Assembly: GCA_017543835.1 (NCBI GenBank)
Contig: JAFYFJ010000065.1
Span: 1-41,164 of the forward strand
Reading direction: 5' to 3'
Source of the DNA: Alphaproteobacteria bacterium
GTDB lineage: Bacteria; Pseudomonadota; Alphaproteobacteria; RF32; CAG-239
Length of the DNA stretch: 41,164 nt
Position numbers and translations under genes: made by a program. Position 1 is the first letter of the stretch. The number at the start of each line of letters is the position of its first letter. Below the pieces are notes generated by a model, which ran no database searches, had not been told where the DNA came from, and saw only the letters and a list, made by a program, of their open reading frames with translations. Below, one piece after another: positions 8,594 through 17,392 of the stretch.

Positions 8594-10297
8594 GTGGATA
8601 AGCAAACATTCGGATATAAAACGTATATAACGTTAGCACTTGCGGCGGCACTTTGTTGGCACTCAAAGACGCATGCCCAAGATTTTACAAATTCAAAAGA
8701 CAGTATCGAAGTCGATAATTCCAAGGACAAAGAGTTTGAAGTTGATTCCGCAACTGTTGATTTTGCGGCGCTCGGCGAAAACTATGTTTCAAATCAGATT
8801 CAGAGCGAAAAAGAAGTTTATAAGCTGAAAGAAGCCGAAAGACGCAACTTGGATGCGGCGGCAAAAGACAGTATTTTCCAAGAGCAAATTTATCAGTCGA
8901 TTCTTGAAATCGAGCCGCAATTGTTGCGCTTTATGGCACTTTCCGAAGATATAAAATTTGTGGCGTATAATGACAGAACGGGCAGAAAAATAACAATCGC
9001 CAACGGTCTGACCAGAATTGCCGGTCGACCGGTTCGCAGAGGCGATGTTATAAAAAGTGAGGAACAAATGATTAGCGAAACGCGCAATTTCTTTCGCCAA
9101 AAAATTGTTCCGATGATTGCAAAATATCTTCCGAAATGGCCGCAATTTGAAAAAAACGAAAAAATTGTTTTGCTTGATATGTTTTGGAACAACGGTGCCG
9201 GCGGAAATGTGTTGGTAAACGGTCCGACGAAAAACGCATATTGTCTGACGCTCTCCGATGCGCAAAAGCAGGAAATTGCCGATATAATCAAAAACAATGA
9301 CCAAAAAATCGTTTTTGAGGGACAGACCTATTCTTTGTGTGATTTACCGGAATATCGGAATATGAATGTTGATGAACGCACGGCAGTAAGCCCGATTTAT
9401 GCCAACAAACACATTGTTAAAGGCACGGATGTCAATATGGCGCTCGGCGAAAAATTTGGCTTGCTGATGGATGAAGAACGGCGCGAAGTTGTTGATTTGT
9501 TAAAACAAAAAGTCAAATTCAATGAATTTTCCGGCCCGTCTTTGCCTAATCGTTTTGATACGCAACACACAAACGACAGCACCATTATTTACGGCAATTT
9601 TTTAACGCAGATGTTGCCGTATTCTTATTCGGAAATTCGGCCGTATTATCTGTTGTCGGAAGAAAAACAGACAATAGTGACGCAAAAGTTGGCCGCAGCT
9701 AATAAAGTTACAAATTACAACGGACATACCGTATCGGCAAAAGATATTCAAGCGTGGTATTTTTTAAGCCCGAAAGACCAAGTGACAATAAAGGGAATCT
9801 TTAAGGGAATGCCGTTATTTAAGAAGAACTCGAAAAATCAGATGACCCCGATTTTGACCGGCCTGTGTTGCGAATTGAATCTTTATCTGGCCAACAAAAC
9901 GCCGGAAAACCGCGAACGTGCGGCAAACAGAATTGCTTCGTTTGTGCATTCCGGCGAGAAAATCGTGCCTCAATTGTTCAAACGCGCAAATCTGAGAGCC
10001 CTGATATTCAGCGGCAAAATCTCTCTTGAAGATGACAGTACGACCAACGAGAGCAAAACGGCAAGCATCAATTTGGATAAAATTCATTTGGGTGCGATTT
10101 CTTCGGCTAAAGTTTCGGCTTTTGATAATCCGAAAGCGCTCACGGAAACGCTTATGAACGTGAAAGCCGGCCAAAGTTATAAAGATACGATTGCGCGCGA
10201 AGAAGCGCGTGTGCAAAAAATCGTGTCGCGCGGCCGTAGAAATGTTCAAACAAAAATCAACTTTAAGAATGTTCGCTCCGGCGCGCGCGGGCATTAA
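8594..10297 (+). CDS. Exported GH24 (phage-type) lysozyme-like protein with large internal insertion
   Basis: GTG start with RBS AAGGAG; signal peptide ...KTHA|Q; SE118DIKFVAYND127RTGRKIT134IANGLT..V.RGD.I, LLDMFWNNG.G and distal FVHSGEKIVPQLFKRA...LIF. Confidence 0.65.
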   Translation: MDKQTFGYKTYITLALAAALCWHSKTHAQDFTNSKDSIEVDNSKDKEFEVDSATVDFAALGENYVSNQIQSEKEVYKLKEAERRNLDAAAKDSIFQEQIYQSILEIEPQLLRFMALSEDIKFVAYNDRTGRKITIANGLTRIAGRPVRRGDVIKSEEQMISETRNFFRQKIVPMIAKYLPKWPQFEKNEKIVLLDMFWNNGAGGNVLVNGPTKNAYCLTLSDAQKQEIADIIKNNDQKIVFEGQTYSLCDLPEYRNMNVDERTAVSPIYANKHIVKGTDVNMALGEKFGLLMDEERREVVDLLKQKVKFNEFSGPSLPNRFDTQHTNDSTIIYGNFLTQMLPYSYSEIRPYYLLSEEKQTIVTQKLAAANKVTNYNGHTVSAKDIQAWYFLSPKDQVTIKGIFKGMPLFKKNSKNQMTPILTGLCCELNLYLANKTPENRERAANRIASFVHSGEKIVPQLFKRANLRALIFSGKISLEDDSTTNESKTASINLDKIHLGAISSAKVSAFDNPKALTETLMNVKAGQSYKDTIAREEARVQKIVSRGRRNVQTKINFKNVRSGARGH

Positions 10298-10364
10298 GCC
10301 GTCTTGAAAATCATTAACGGCAAACTATATGTTTCGTTAGATATTTTTAACGAAAGGAGTTGTT

Positions 10365-10577
10365 ATGAAAAGAGCGTATGTTAATCCGGACTTGTGTATC
10401 GGTTGCGGGCTGTGTGTCAGCATTGTGCCGGAAGTTTTTCAACTCAATGCCGACGGTATTTCGGAAGTTTATGCCGAAACACCGGAAGATAAACGCGAAG
10501 AAGTGTATGAAGCGGTCGATTCGTGTCCGGTCAAAGCAATTTCGATTATTGACGAAGATGTGCCGGCAGAAGAATAA
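10365..10577 (+). CDS. Single-cluster ferredoxin
   Basis: CIGCGLC..I.PEVF ... AVDSCPVKAI; RBS AAGGAG. Confidence 0.9.
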   Translation: MKRAYVNPDLCIGCGLCVSIVPEVFQLNADGISEVYAETPEDKREEVYEAVDSCPVKAISIIDEDVPAEE

Positions 10578-10595
10578 TCTCCCGCCGTTATTATT

Positions 10596-11558
10596 TTAAA
10601 CCTGCCGCATTTCTTCCCAATTTTCCGGCTTAATCACCTTGACGTGTTCGCCCCATGTGTAGAGGTGCCAGTCCATCTCGACACGTCCGCCGGCCCGAAA
10701 CTTGACGGTCAGCGTGCCGTCGGGATTTTGAATCAATTCCTGCTTGGGATGAAAGATAAAGTTTTTGGCTTCCGTTGCCGCCTCTTTATCAAACAACCAT
10801 TCCACGTCAAACGGTTCTTCGTGCCACGCGCCGAACGATTCTTCGGCATAATCTTTGAGCGAGAAATTATCCGTATTGAAAGTTTCCGGCAAAATTTCGA
10901 CCGACTGAATGCCTGTAATCGAGAAATTACGCGGCTTTCCGCCGTCATAACCGTCGCTGTGCTTGGCAATCAGATAATGATTACGCTGGCCGTAAAGCAA
11001 ACCATACGGCACAAGTGTATAAGTCGAAGTTTTGCCGTTTTTCTTGGTATAAACCATTTTAATTTGATGGCAGCTCAAAATCGCGTGACGAATGTTGCGA
11101 ATAATATCCGCATCCACACTGATACGCGGCCCCGGACGGCAAATCACGCCCTCGGACAGCATCATTTCTTCGGCATCGACTTCAATCCGATTTTTTTGTT
11201 CCGGCTTGATTAAATTGCGCAATTTCAGTTCGACTTTGCCCAAAACTTCGGCCTTTTCTTTGATTCCGTTTTGCTTTAATAAATCAATTGCGGTTTTGAA
11301 TACGGCCAATTCTTCCGGCGCAAAAGCCAGCAACGAGTTCAGGTTGCGTTGCGGGATTCGCCAACGTTTTGTGCGCTCGCCGGTGTCATATTCCTCCATT
11401 TGCGGAAAATACAGCAGCAACGCGTCACGCATACGCTCGGCGGTGCGGCGCGACACATTAAACCGCTGACGAATATCATCAAGCGAAACGCCGTCACCGG
11501 CCTCTTGCATCCACAGCGCCAAATCAATCATATCATACACTTTTTCGTAGTTTGCCAT
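10596..11558 (-). CDS. driD: WYL-domain transcriptional regulator, DriD-like (HTH + WYL + WCX)
   Basis: SRRTAERMRDA...FPQME...TKRWRIP, PGPR, P.GLL.G..N.YL, FSL..YAEESFG..H, FRAGG..E..WHL.TWG closely follow my recall of Caulobacter DriD. RBS AAGGAGAG before MANYEK. Confidence 0.8.
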   Translation of the reverse strand: MANYEKVYDMIDLALWMQEAGDGVSLDDIRQRFNVSRRTAERMRDALLLYFPQMEEYDTGERTKRWRIPQRNLNSLLAFAPEELAVFKTAIDLLKQNGIKEKAEVLGKVELKLRNLIKPEQKNRIEVDAEEMMLSEGVICRPGPRISVDADIIRNIRHAILSCHQIKMVYTKKNGKTSTYTLVPYGLLYGQRNHYLIAKHSDGYDGGKPRNFSITGIQSVEILPETFNTDNFSLKDYAEESFGAWHEEPFDVEWLFDKEAATEAKNFIFHPKQELIQNPDGTLTVKFRAGGRVEMDWHLYTWGEHVKVIKPENWEEMRQV

Positions 11559-11609
11559 CGATTCTCTCCTTTGGAACGAGCTTACATCAATAATTATCAA
11601 ATTGCAAAT

Positions 11610-13664
11610 CTAAATAAAGCCGATAGGGCGGCTGACCGGCAATTTGTTTTGCTGTTCCTGCTCGAGCATCTTGATAAGTTCGGCCTTATTTTCGAGGCAG
11701 TCCAAGATTTCCGCCTTGTCGCGCACAACCACGAAATCGCCCGGTGTCAGTTGCGGCAAATGCCGTAAATCCGCATTTTTTATGCTGAAAAAGTGTTCAA
11801 AGCACAAACTGCGTTGTTCATCGGTCAGGTAGTCGTAACGCACCTTGAAGGTAAAGCGACGGAGCGATGCTTTGTCGAGTCGGTCCATCAGGTTGGTGGT
11901 GCAGATAAACGGGTATTTGTGCTGCTCCATTTGCGTCAGCATTTCGTTGACCTGCGTGACTTCCCAGTTGCGAAAAGCGCCGCTGCGTTCTTGCAAAAAG
12001 CTGTCGGCCTCGTCAAAAATCAGCAAGCCCTCGCGTTCTTTGGCCTCGGCAAATGCGGCGGCGATGTTTTCTTCGGTTTCGCCGACATATTTGCTTAATA
12101 AATCGGAGCAACGTTTTTTGATGACCGGCAAATTCAGCTTTTCGGCCAAATATTGCGCATAAGCCGATTTTCCGGTGCCCGAAGCGCCGTATAAACACAT
12201 CGAGAAGTTCATCTTGCTTAAGCCGAAAATGCGCTCGGCGAGTTTGTTCAAATCCACATCGGTATTCAAAAGTTTCGGGTTAAATTCGGTTGTGAGCTCA
12301 ACCTTTTCTTCTTTTACCTTGTAGCCGTTGTTGTAGGCCTGTTGCAACACATCGAGTGTTTGCTCAATATCTTTGATGTTGCCGCCGATGAGGTTGGTTG
12401 AGCGCACCGCCGAAGCAATAAAAGCCGGCGAGAGTGAATATTTTTTTGCAAATTTATTGACGGTTTCGGTATCCGCATCAAAATGGTTGTTGCACAAGTT
12501 TTTGCGCCACATTTGCGCGCGTATCGCCGGTTTTGGCGTTTCAAAATGCAGAGCATAGGTAAAGCGACGCAAATAGGCCTTATCCATATAGCGAATATGG
12601 TTCGAAATCCAAATAATCGGCTGCGGATTATTTTCGAGCAGGCGGTTGACCTGCAATTTTGTGATTTCTTCTTCTTTGCGGTTGCCGTAAAATGAGTGAC
12701 ATGAGCCCAAAACATCTTCCGCTTCGTCCATCATCAGACACACGTTTTTTTGCGCCCGCAAAATAATCTGCGCCCGTTGCAACTGTCTGTAACGCGAGTC
12801 GCCGTAATCGGCAATCATCGCGTTTTCATCTTCGCCTAAGGCATAAAGCTGTGTCGAGAGCGTTGCCGCCAATGTTTTTGCAAATTCGGTTTTGCCGGTC
12901 CCCGGTTCGCCGTAAAGCAAAATGTTGATGCCCTTCATCTTGCGTTTGAGCGCCGCGTCGAGCAACTTTTTGATAACTGCGGCCTGCTCGATATGCTTAA
13001 AATCACTCCAAGCCAGATTCGCGGTCTGCGGGTTGCCGACCAAAAAGACGCGCAACTGTTCGAGACTTTCGAAACGTTGATAATAGTAGTTGCGTGCCAA
13101 GCGCGTCACATCGATGTTGCCGTCGTATTCGCCCTCGATGAAGCCGAGCTGATACAACCGCGAGCCGTGACGACACATATCGTAAATCTTGTTCGGCTTA
13201 ATACCGGTAAAAACGGCACGGTCCAAAGCCGATAAATCGCGAGCGTTTCTGCGGGTAACATTGATGATTCGGCTGAGATATTCATCGCATTTTTCACGTA
13301 TGACGAAGCCGAAAAATTTGCGTTCGTCATTGGTCAGGCCGAACAGTTGTTGCAACAAATTCAGATTATTCTCAAGGCAACTGACGGCAAAATTACCGGT
13401 CATAATCGGATGTTGCTTGAGTTTCAGCGCCGCGCGTTTGATTTTTTGCGCCGCTTTAATCGGGTCGGTAGCGGCGAGTCCCTCGATTTCTTCTTCGGCA
13501 AGCAACCCCTTTTTGACCGCCCAATCTTTAATATCATTGAGGTTTTCCGAAACATAATCGACATTTCGCAACATATTGTAGACGTAGCCGAGATTCTGTT
13601 GTGCCTCAAACTTATCTAAATAAGATACTTTGGTTTTGATTTTCATTTTCAGCGGATTGCGCAT
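11610..13664 (-). CDS. Double-domain AAA+ ATPase
   Basis: Module 1 GEPGTGKT / MMDEAED / YLRRF; module 2 GASGTGKS / IFDEADS / TTN / SLRRF; C-terminal PIGF. RBS AAGGAG. Confidence 0.92.
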   Translation of the reverse strand: MRNPLKMKIKTKVSYLDKFEAQQNLGYVYNMLRNVDYVSENLNDIKDWAVKKGLLAEEEIEGLAATDPIKAAQKIKRAALKLKQHPIMTGNFAVSCLENNLNLLQQLFGLTNDERKFFGFVIREKCDEYLSRIINVTRRNARDLSALDRAVFTGIKPNKIYDMCRHGSRLYQLGFIEGEYDGNIDVTRLARNYYYQRFESLEQLRVFLVGNPQTANLAWSDFKHIEQAAVIKKLLDAALKRKMKGINILLYGEPGTGKTEFAKTLAATLSTQLYALGEDENAMIADYGDSRYRQLQRAQIILRAQKNVCLMMDEAEDVLGSCHSFYGNRKEEEITKLQVNRLLENNPQPIIWISNHIRYMDKAYLRRFTYALHFETPKPAIRAQMWRKNLCNNHFDADTETVNKFAKKYSLSPAFIASAVRSTNLIGGNIKDIEQTLDVLQQAYNNGYKVKEEKVELTTEFNPKLLNTDVDLNKLAERIFGLSKMNFSMCLYGASGTGKSAYAQYLAEKLNLPVIKKRCSDLLSKYVGETEENIAAAFAEAKEREGLLIFDEADSFLQERSGAFRNWEVTQVNEMLTQMEQHKYPFICTTNLMDRLDKASLRRFTFKVRYDYLTDEQRSLCFEHFFSIKNADLRHLPQLTPGDFVVVRDKAEILDCLENKAELIKMLEQEQQNKLPVSRPIGFI

Positions 13665-13710
13665 TTTATAAACTCCTTCATTTCGTTTGCAATTATGTTA
13701 TAAACCGCTA

Positions 13711-13731
13711 TTGCGTCAAAATGTGTCGTAT
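13711..13731 (-). promoter_or_regulatory. DriD-type WYL activator binding box upstream of the AAA+ gene
   Basis: Minus strand ATACGAC-acatttt-GACGCAA versus the DriD consensus ATACGAC-N7-GTCGTAT, followed by TATAACATAAT (-10-like). Confidence 0.6.
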
Positions 13732-13857
13732 ATAAAAATGAAACGCGAAAAAAATTATGCGAAAAATCGAATTTTTTGCTCAATTTATGAAAAAAATACT
13801 TGAAAAATCATAAAAATATGTTAGAAATAGCCCGAAGTCGCAATGGTGCGGCTTTAT

Positions 13858-13965
13858 AACAACACACACGCAGACAGGCGGAAACCGGCATTTTTATGGT
13901 TAAAAGTTGTCGATTTTTTCGCTCCGGTGCCGTCAAAGGCCAAGAGTCTGCGGAGGTTTAACCGG
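13858..13965 (+). ncRNA. rpsB 5' leader (t44 / S2-binding leader RNA)
   Basis: ACACACACGCAGAC ... CCGGTGCC ... GTCTGCGGAGGTTTAACC; CGCAGAC/GTCTGCG base stem and GGAGG..TAACC end as in the t44 leader, directly upstream of rpsB. Confidence 0.7.
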
Positions 13966-13983
13966 AAAAAGGATATATTAAAA

Positions 13984-14793
13984 ATGACAATTCCTACATT
14001 TACATTACGTCAGATGGTTGAAGCTGGCGTGCACTTCGGACACCACGCTCGTCGTTGGAATCCGCAAATGGCGCCGTTTATTTACGGCAAAAAAGACAAC
14101 GTTCACATCATTGATTTGCAAAAATCTTATCCGATGCTTTACAATGCGTTGAACGCAACACGCGATGTTGTGGCTCAAGGCGGTAAGGTTTTGTTTGTGG
14201 CGACAAAACGTCAGGCACAAGAAATCGTTAAGGAAAGCGCCGAAAGATGCGGTCAATACTATGTGAACTATCGTTGGCTCGGCGGTATGTTGACTAACTG
14301 GAAAACGGTATATAAGTCAATTACGCGCTTGAACAAGCTCAACGAAATGGAAGAAAAGAACGCTTATGACGGCTACACCAAAAAAGAAATCTTGAACCTC
14401 AAAAAAGAACGCGAAAAATTGGCGATTGTTTTGAACGGTATCAAAGATATGGGCGGTCAGCCGGATTTGCTGTTTGTTATCGATACACCGAAAGAGGCCT
14501 TGGCTGTTAAAGAAGCTAAAAAACTGGGTATTCCGGTTGTCGGCATTGTTGATACAAACGCTAACCCGAATGAAGTTGACTATCCGGTTCCGGGTAACGA
14601 TGATGCAATCAGAGCCATTCAGTTCTATTGCGATTTGGTATCCGGCGCTATTTTGGACGGTGTGTCGGCCGAAATCGCGGCAAAAGGTTTGGAAGTAGCG
14701 GACGCTGAAGTTGCAGCCGATGAAAAACCGGCTCCGAAAAAGCGTGCACCGCGCAAAACAAAAGCCGCCAGCGCCGAAGCTTCTGCCGAATAA
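13984..14793 (+). CDS. rpsB: 30S ribosomal protein S2
   Basis: EAGVHFGH..RRWNP.M, RWLGGMLTNW.T, PGNDDAIRAI. Confidence 0.98.
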   Translation: MTIPTFTLRQMVEAGVHFGHHARRWNPQMAPFIYGKKDNVHIIDLQKSYPMLYNALNATRDVVAQGGKVLFVATKRQAQEIVKESAERCGQYYVNYRWLGGMLTNWKTVYKSITRLNKLNEMEEKNAYDGYTKKEILNLKKEREKLAIVLNGIKDMGGQPDLLFVIDTPKEALAVKEAKKLGIPVVGIVDTNANPNEVDYPVPGNDDAIRAIQFYCDLVSGAILDGVSAEIAAKGLEVADAEVAADEKPAPKKRAPRKTKAASAEASAE

Positions 14794-14892
14794 GCAGACG
14801 CCGTTTTGGTATGGATTGAAAGGCGCGGCGGTTTAATCGGCTGACCGCGCCGAATTTGATAAGTTGAATTTTAAGTATAAGGAATTAAAATA

Positions 14893-15816
14893 ATGGCAGA
14901 AATTACAGCCGCTATGGTAAAAGAATTGAGAGAAACAACCGGCGCCGGTATGCTTGATTGCAAAAAGGCCTTGGTTGAAGCTAACGGAAGTATGGAAACA
15001 GCAGTCGATTGGTTGCGCAAAAAGGGCTTGGCTTCGGCCGCTAAAAAATCCAGCCGTATTGCCGCCGAGGGCTTGGTTGCCGTTTATGTTGACGGTAACA
15101 AAGGTGCTGCAGTTGAAGTTAACTCGGAAACCGACTTTGTGGCGAAAAATGATATTTTCCAAGCTTATGTTGAAGATGCCGCTAAAGTTGCTCTCGCCAA
15201 CAACGGTGATGTTGAAGCAATGAAAAATGCCAAAGATGCAAGCGGTAAAACATTCGGTGAGCGCTTGACGGATATGATTGCACGTATCGGCGAAAATATG
15301 AACTTGCGTCGTGCGAAAGTTGTTTCCGTAAATAATGGTGCCGTTTGCTCTTATATTCATAATGCGGCACGTGCCGGCTTGGGCAAAATCGGCGTTTTGG
15401 TTGCTTTGGAATCAACCGCGGATAAGGCACAATTGGCAGATTTGGGTAAGCACATCGCAATGCATGTTGCGGCGGCTCAACCGATTGCTTTGAATGTTGC
15501 CAGCGTTGACCCGGCGGCAGTCGAACACGAAAAATCTATTTTTGCCGCGCAAGCAGCTGCTTCCGGCAAACCGGCCGCTATCATCGAAAAAATGGTGGAA
15601 GGTCGTATCCGTAAGTTCTATGAAGAAGTTGTTTTGGAAGAACAAAACTACATTATGGACCCGGATAAAAAAGTTAAAGACATTATCGCCGAAAAAGCAA
15701 AAGAATGCGGTGCCGACATTAAGTTGACGGACTATGTGTTCTATAAATTGGGCGACGGTCTGCAAAAGAAAGAAGAAGATTTTGCGGCTGAAGTTCAAGC
15801 TCAATTGGCAAAATAA
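14893..15816 (+). CDS. tsf: Elongation factor Ts
   Basis: [49 protein letters not shown]. Confidence 0.98.
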   Translation: MAEITAAMVKELRETTGAGMLDCKKALVEANGSMETAVDWLRKKGLASAAKKSSRIAAEGLVAVYVDGNKGAAVEVNSETDFVAKNDIFQAYVEDAAKVALANNGDVEAMKNAKDASGKTFGERLTDMIARIGENMNLRRAKVVSVNNGAVCSYIHNAARAGLGKIGVLVALESTADKAQLADLGKHIAMHVAAAQPIALNVASVDPAAVEHEKSIFAAQAAASGKPAAIIEKMVEGRIRKFYEEVVLEEQNYIMDPDKKVKDIIAEKAKECGADIKLTDYVFYKLGDGLQKKEEDFAAEVQAQLAK

Positions 15817-15829
15817 TTTTGAAGATAAT

Positions 15830-15861
15830 AAGGCACTTCCGATTTGGCGAAGTGCCTTTTA
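15830..15861 (+). terminator. Intrinsic terminator of rpsB-tsf
   Basis: AAGGCACTT...AAGTGCCTT stem followed by a T-run. Confidence 0.75.
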
Positions 15862-15883
15862 TCCTAAAATAAAGGAAAGAAAA

Positions 15884-16561
15884 ATGGCGGAAGAAATCAA
15901 AAATAACAACATAATGACCGAAGCTCAACCGTTGCCGACCGCAAAAGAAAATGCGGCCAAAAGTGCGGATGCCGAAACATTACAATCGATTTTCAAGCCG
16001 CATATTCAAACGGTTCAACCGCAAGAATCTGCTTTGGCAACCAAAGGCATGATTAAGTGTTGGGCGGATGCCTTGACGCGTCTGACGGATTTTGAAGGAC
16101 GCACGACACGTTACGAATTTTGGGCGTTTCAATCGGTCAGTTTGGTGATTTTTTTGCTGCTGGCGCTTATCGGTTATTTTCTTTCCGAACCGAAAATGGT
16201 TATTGACATTTTTGCGCTCTATTTCTTGTTGCCGGCCGCAAGTTCCGCTACGCGCCGTCTGCACGACATTGCGTTGTCGGGTTGGTGGGTTTTGCCGGCG
16301 GTGGTGTTGGCATTGGCTACGCTTATTTGCTGGAATTTTGATGTGCACAATATGATATTGTTGCTGTTTGCGACTTTGGTTTATGTCACATATTTGCTCA
16401 GTTTGTTGCGGCAGAAAAATGACGGCTCGGATAATAAATACGGCGTTGCCGCGAAAGAAGCCGAGATATATCACTTTGAAAGTCGGGCTTATATCAGCTT
16501 TATGTTCACGTTTATGATTGGTTTGTGGCTGATTTTTATTGCCTATCTGCTCAAGTTTTAA
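15884..16561 (+). CDS. DUF805 family inner membrane protein
   Basis: DFEGRTTRYEFW, RRLHDI..SGWW, DNKYG and several TM helices. RBS AAGGA before MAEEIK. Confidence 0.85.
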   Translation: MAEEIKNNNIMTEAQPLPTAKENAAKSADAETLQSIFKPHIQTVQPQESALATKGMIKCWADALTRLTDFEGRTTRYEFWAFQSVSLVIFLLLALIGYFLSEPKMVIDIFALYFLLPAASSATRRLHDIALSGWWVLPAVVLALATLICWNFDVHNMILLLFATLVYVTYLLSLLRQKNDGSDNKYGVAAKEAEIYHFESRAYISFMFTFMIGLWLIFIAYLLKF

Positions 16562-17392
16562 TTAAATCTTTTGTGCAATTTGCAAATATTGCTGCGGCGT
16601 CAGATTTTCGGCGCGTGCGGTGGTTTCAATATTTAATTCGGCACAGATTTTTTCCAGATTCGGCACGGATTTCAAACTTTGGCGAATCATTTTGCGCCGC
16701 TGTCCGAAAGCAAGCTCGGTCAACTTTTCGACTTTTTGCAACACTTCCGCTGACGGTGTATCATCGTGCGGCACAAACAACAAAACCGATGACCAGATTT
16801 TCGGTGCCGGCGTAAAGCAACTCGGATTAAGATTCATCAATGTTTTGACGCGGCAAGTCAGTTGCGCCAAGACGGAGATGCGACCGTATGCCTTGCAATT
16901 CGGCTCGGCTACGATGCGCTCGGCAACTTCTTTTTGAAACATCAGGGTTAAACTGCGGTATGCGCGAATATTTTTCAGCCACATCGTCAACAACGGCACG
17001 GAAATATTGTAGGGCAGGTTGCTGATAATGTGCCGGTCGGTAAAATCATTTGCCGTAAAATCATATTTGAGCGCGTCGCCCTCGATAATTTGCAGTTGCG
17101 CGCCGACCGCATCTTGAATATCGTGCATAATTTGAATACAGCGCGTATCCATCTCGATAACCGTCAGCCGTTGCGGATTCGCCTTTAAAATGGCGCGCGT
17201 CAAACCACCCGGACCGGGGCCGACTTCAAACACCGCGTCTTTGCTGAAATCAGGTTTGTGCTGTGCCTCGAGTGATAAGCGGATGATTTTGTCGGTAATA
17301 TTCTGGTCAAGCAAAAAATTCTGCCCGAGAGATTTTTTTGCCATCAACTCATATTTATCGACCACATCTCTTAAACTCGGCAATTCCGTCAT
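16562..17392 (-). CDS. rsmA: 16S rRNA m6,2A dimethyltransferase (KsgA)
   Basis: KKSLGQNFL.D, EVGPGPGGLT, SNLPYNIS, MFQKEVAERI, AFGQRRKM.R.SL. Confidence 0.97.
   Translation of the reverse strand: MTELPSLRDVVDKYELMAKKSLGQNFLLDQNITDKIIRLSLEAQHKPDFSKDAVFEVGPGPGGLTRAILKANPQRLTVIEMDTRCIQIMHDIQDAVGAQLQIIEGDALKYDFTANDFTDRHIISNLPYNISVPLLTMWLKNIRAYRSLTLMFQKEVAERIVAEPNCKAYGRISVLAQLTCRVKTLMNLNPSCFTPAPKIWSSVLLFVPHDDTPSAEVLQKVEKLTELAFGQRRKMIRQSLKSVPNLEKICAELNIETTARAENLTPQQYLQIAQKI

Noticed and set aside
8594-13664. Prophage remnant suggested by the lysozyme, WYL and AAA genes
   Set aside because: No holin, structural, terminase or integrase genes; the lysozyme-like gene has a signal peptide and host-like context.
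10596-13664. Assignment to a named defence system (BREX/BrxR, CBASS/CapW, IetAS)
   Set aside because: No partner effector, protease or methylase genes are present; the regulator looks DriD-like.
13843-13983. N-terminal extension of rpsB given by the ORF track (similarly for lpxK, apt, the WYL gene, DUF805, metG)
   Set aside because: The extensions run through leader or intergenic DNA; downstream ATGs fit RBS position and family N-termini.
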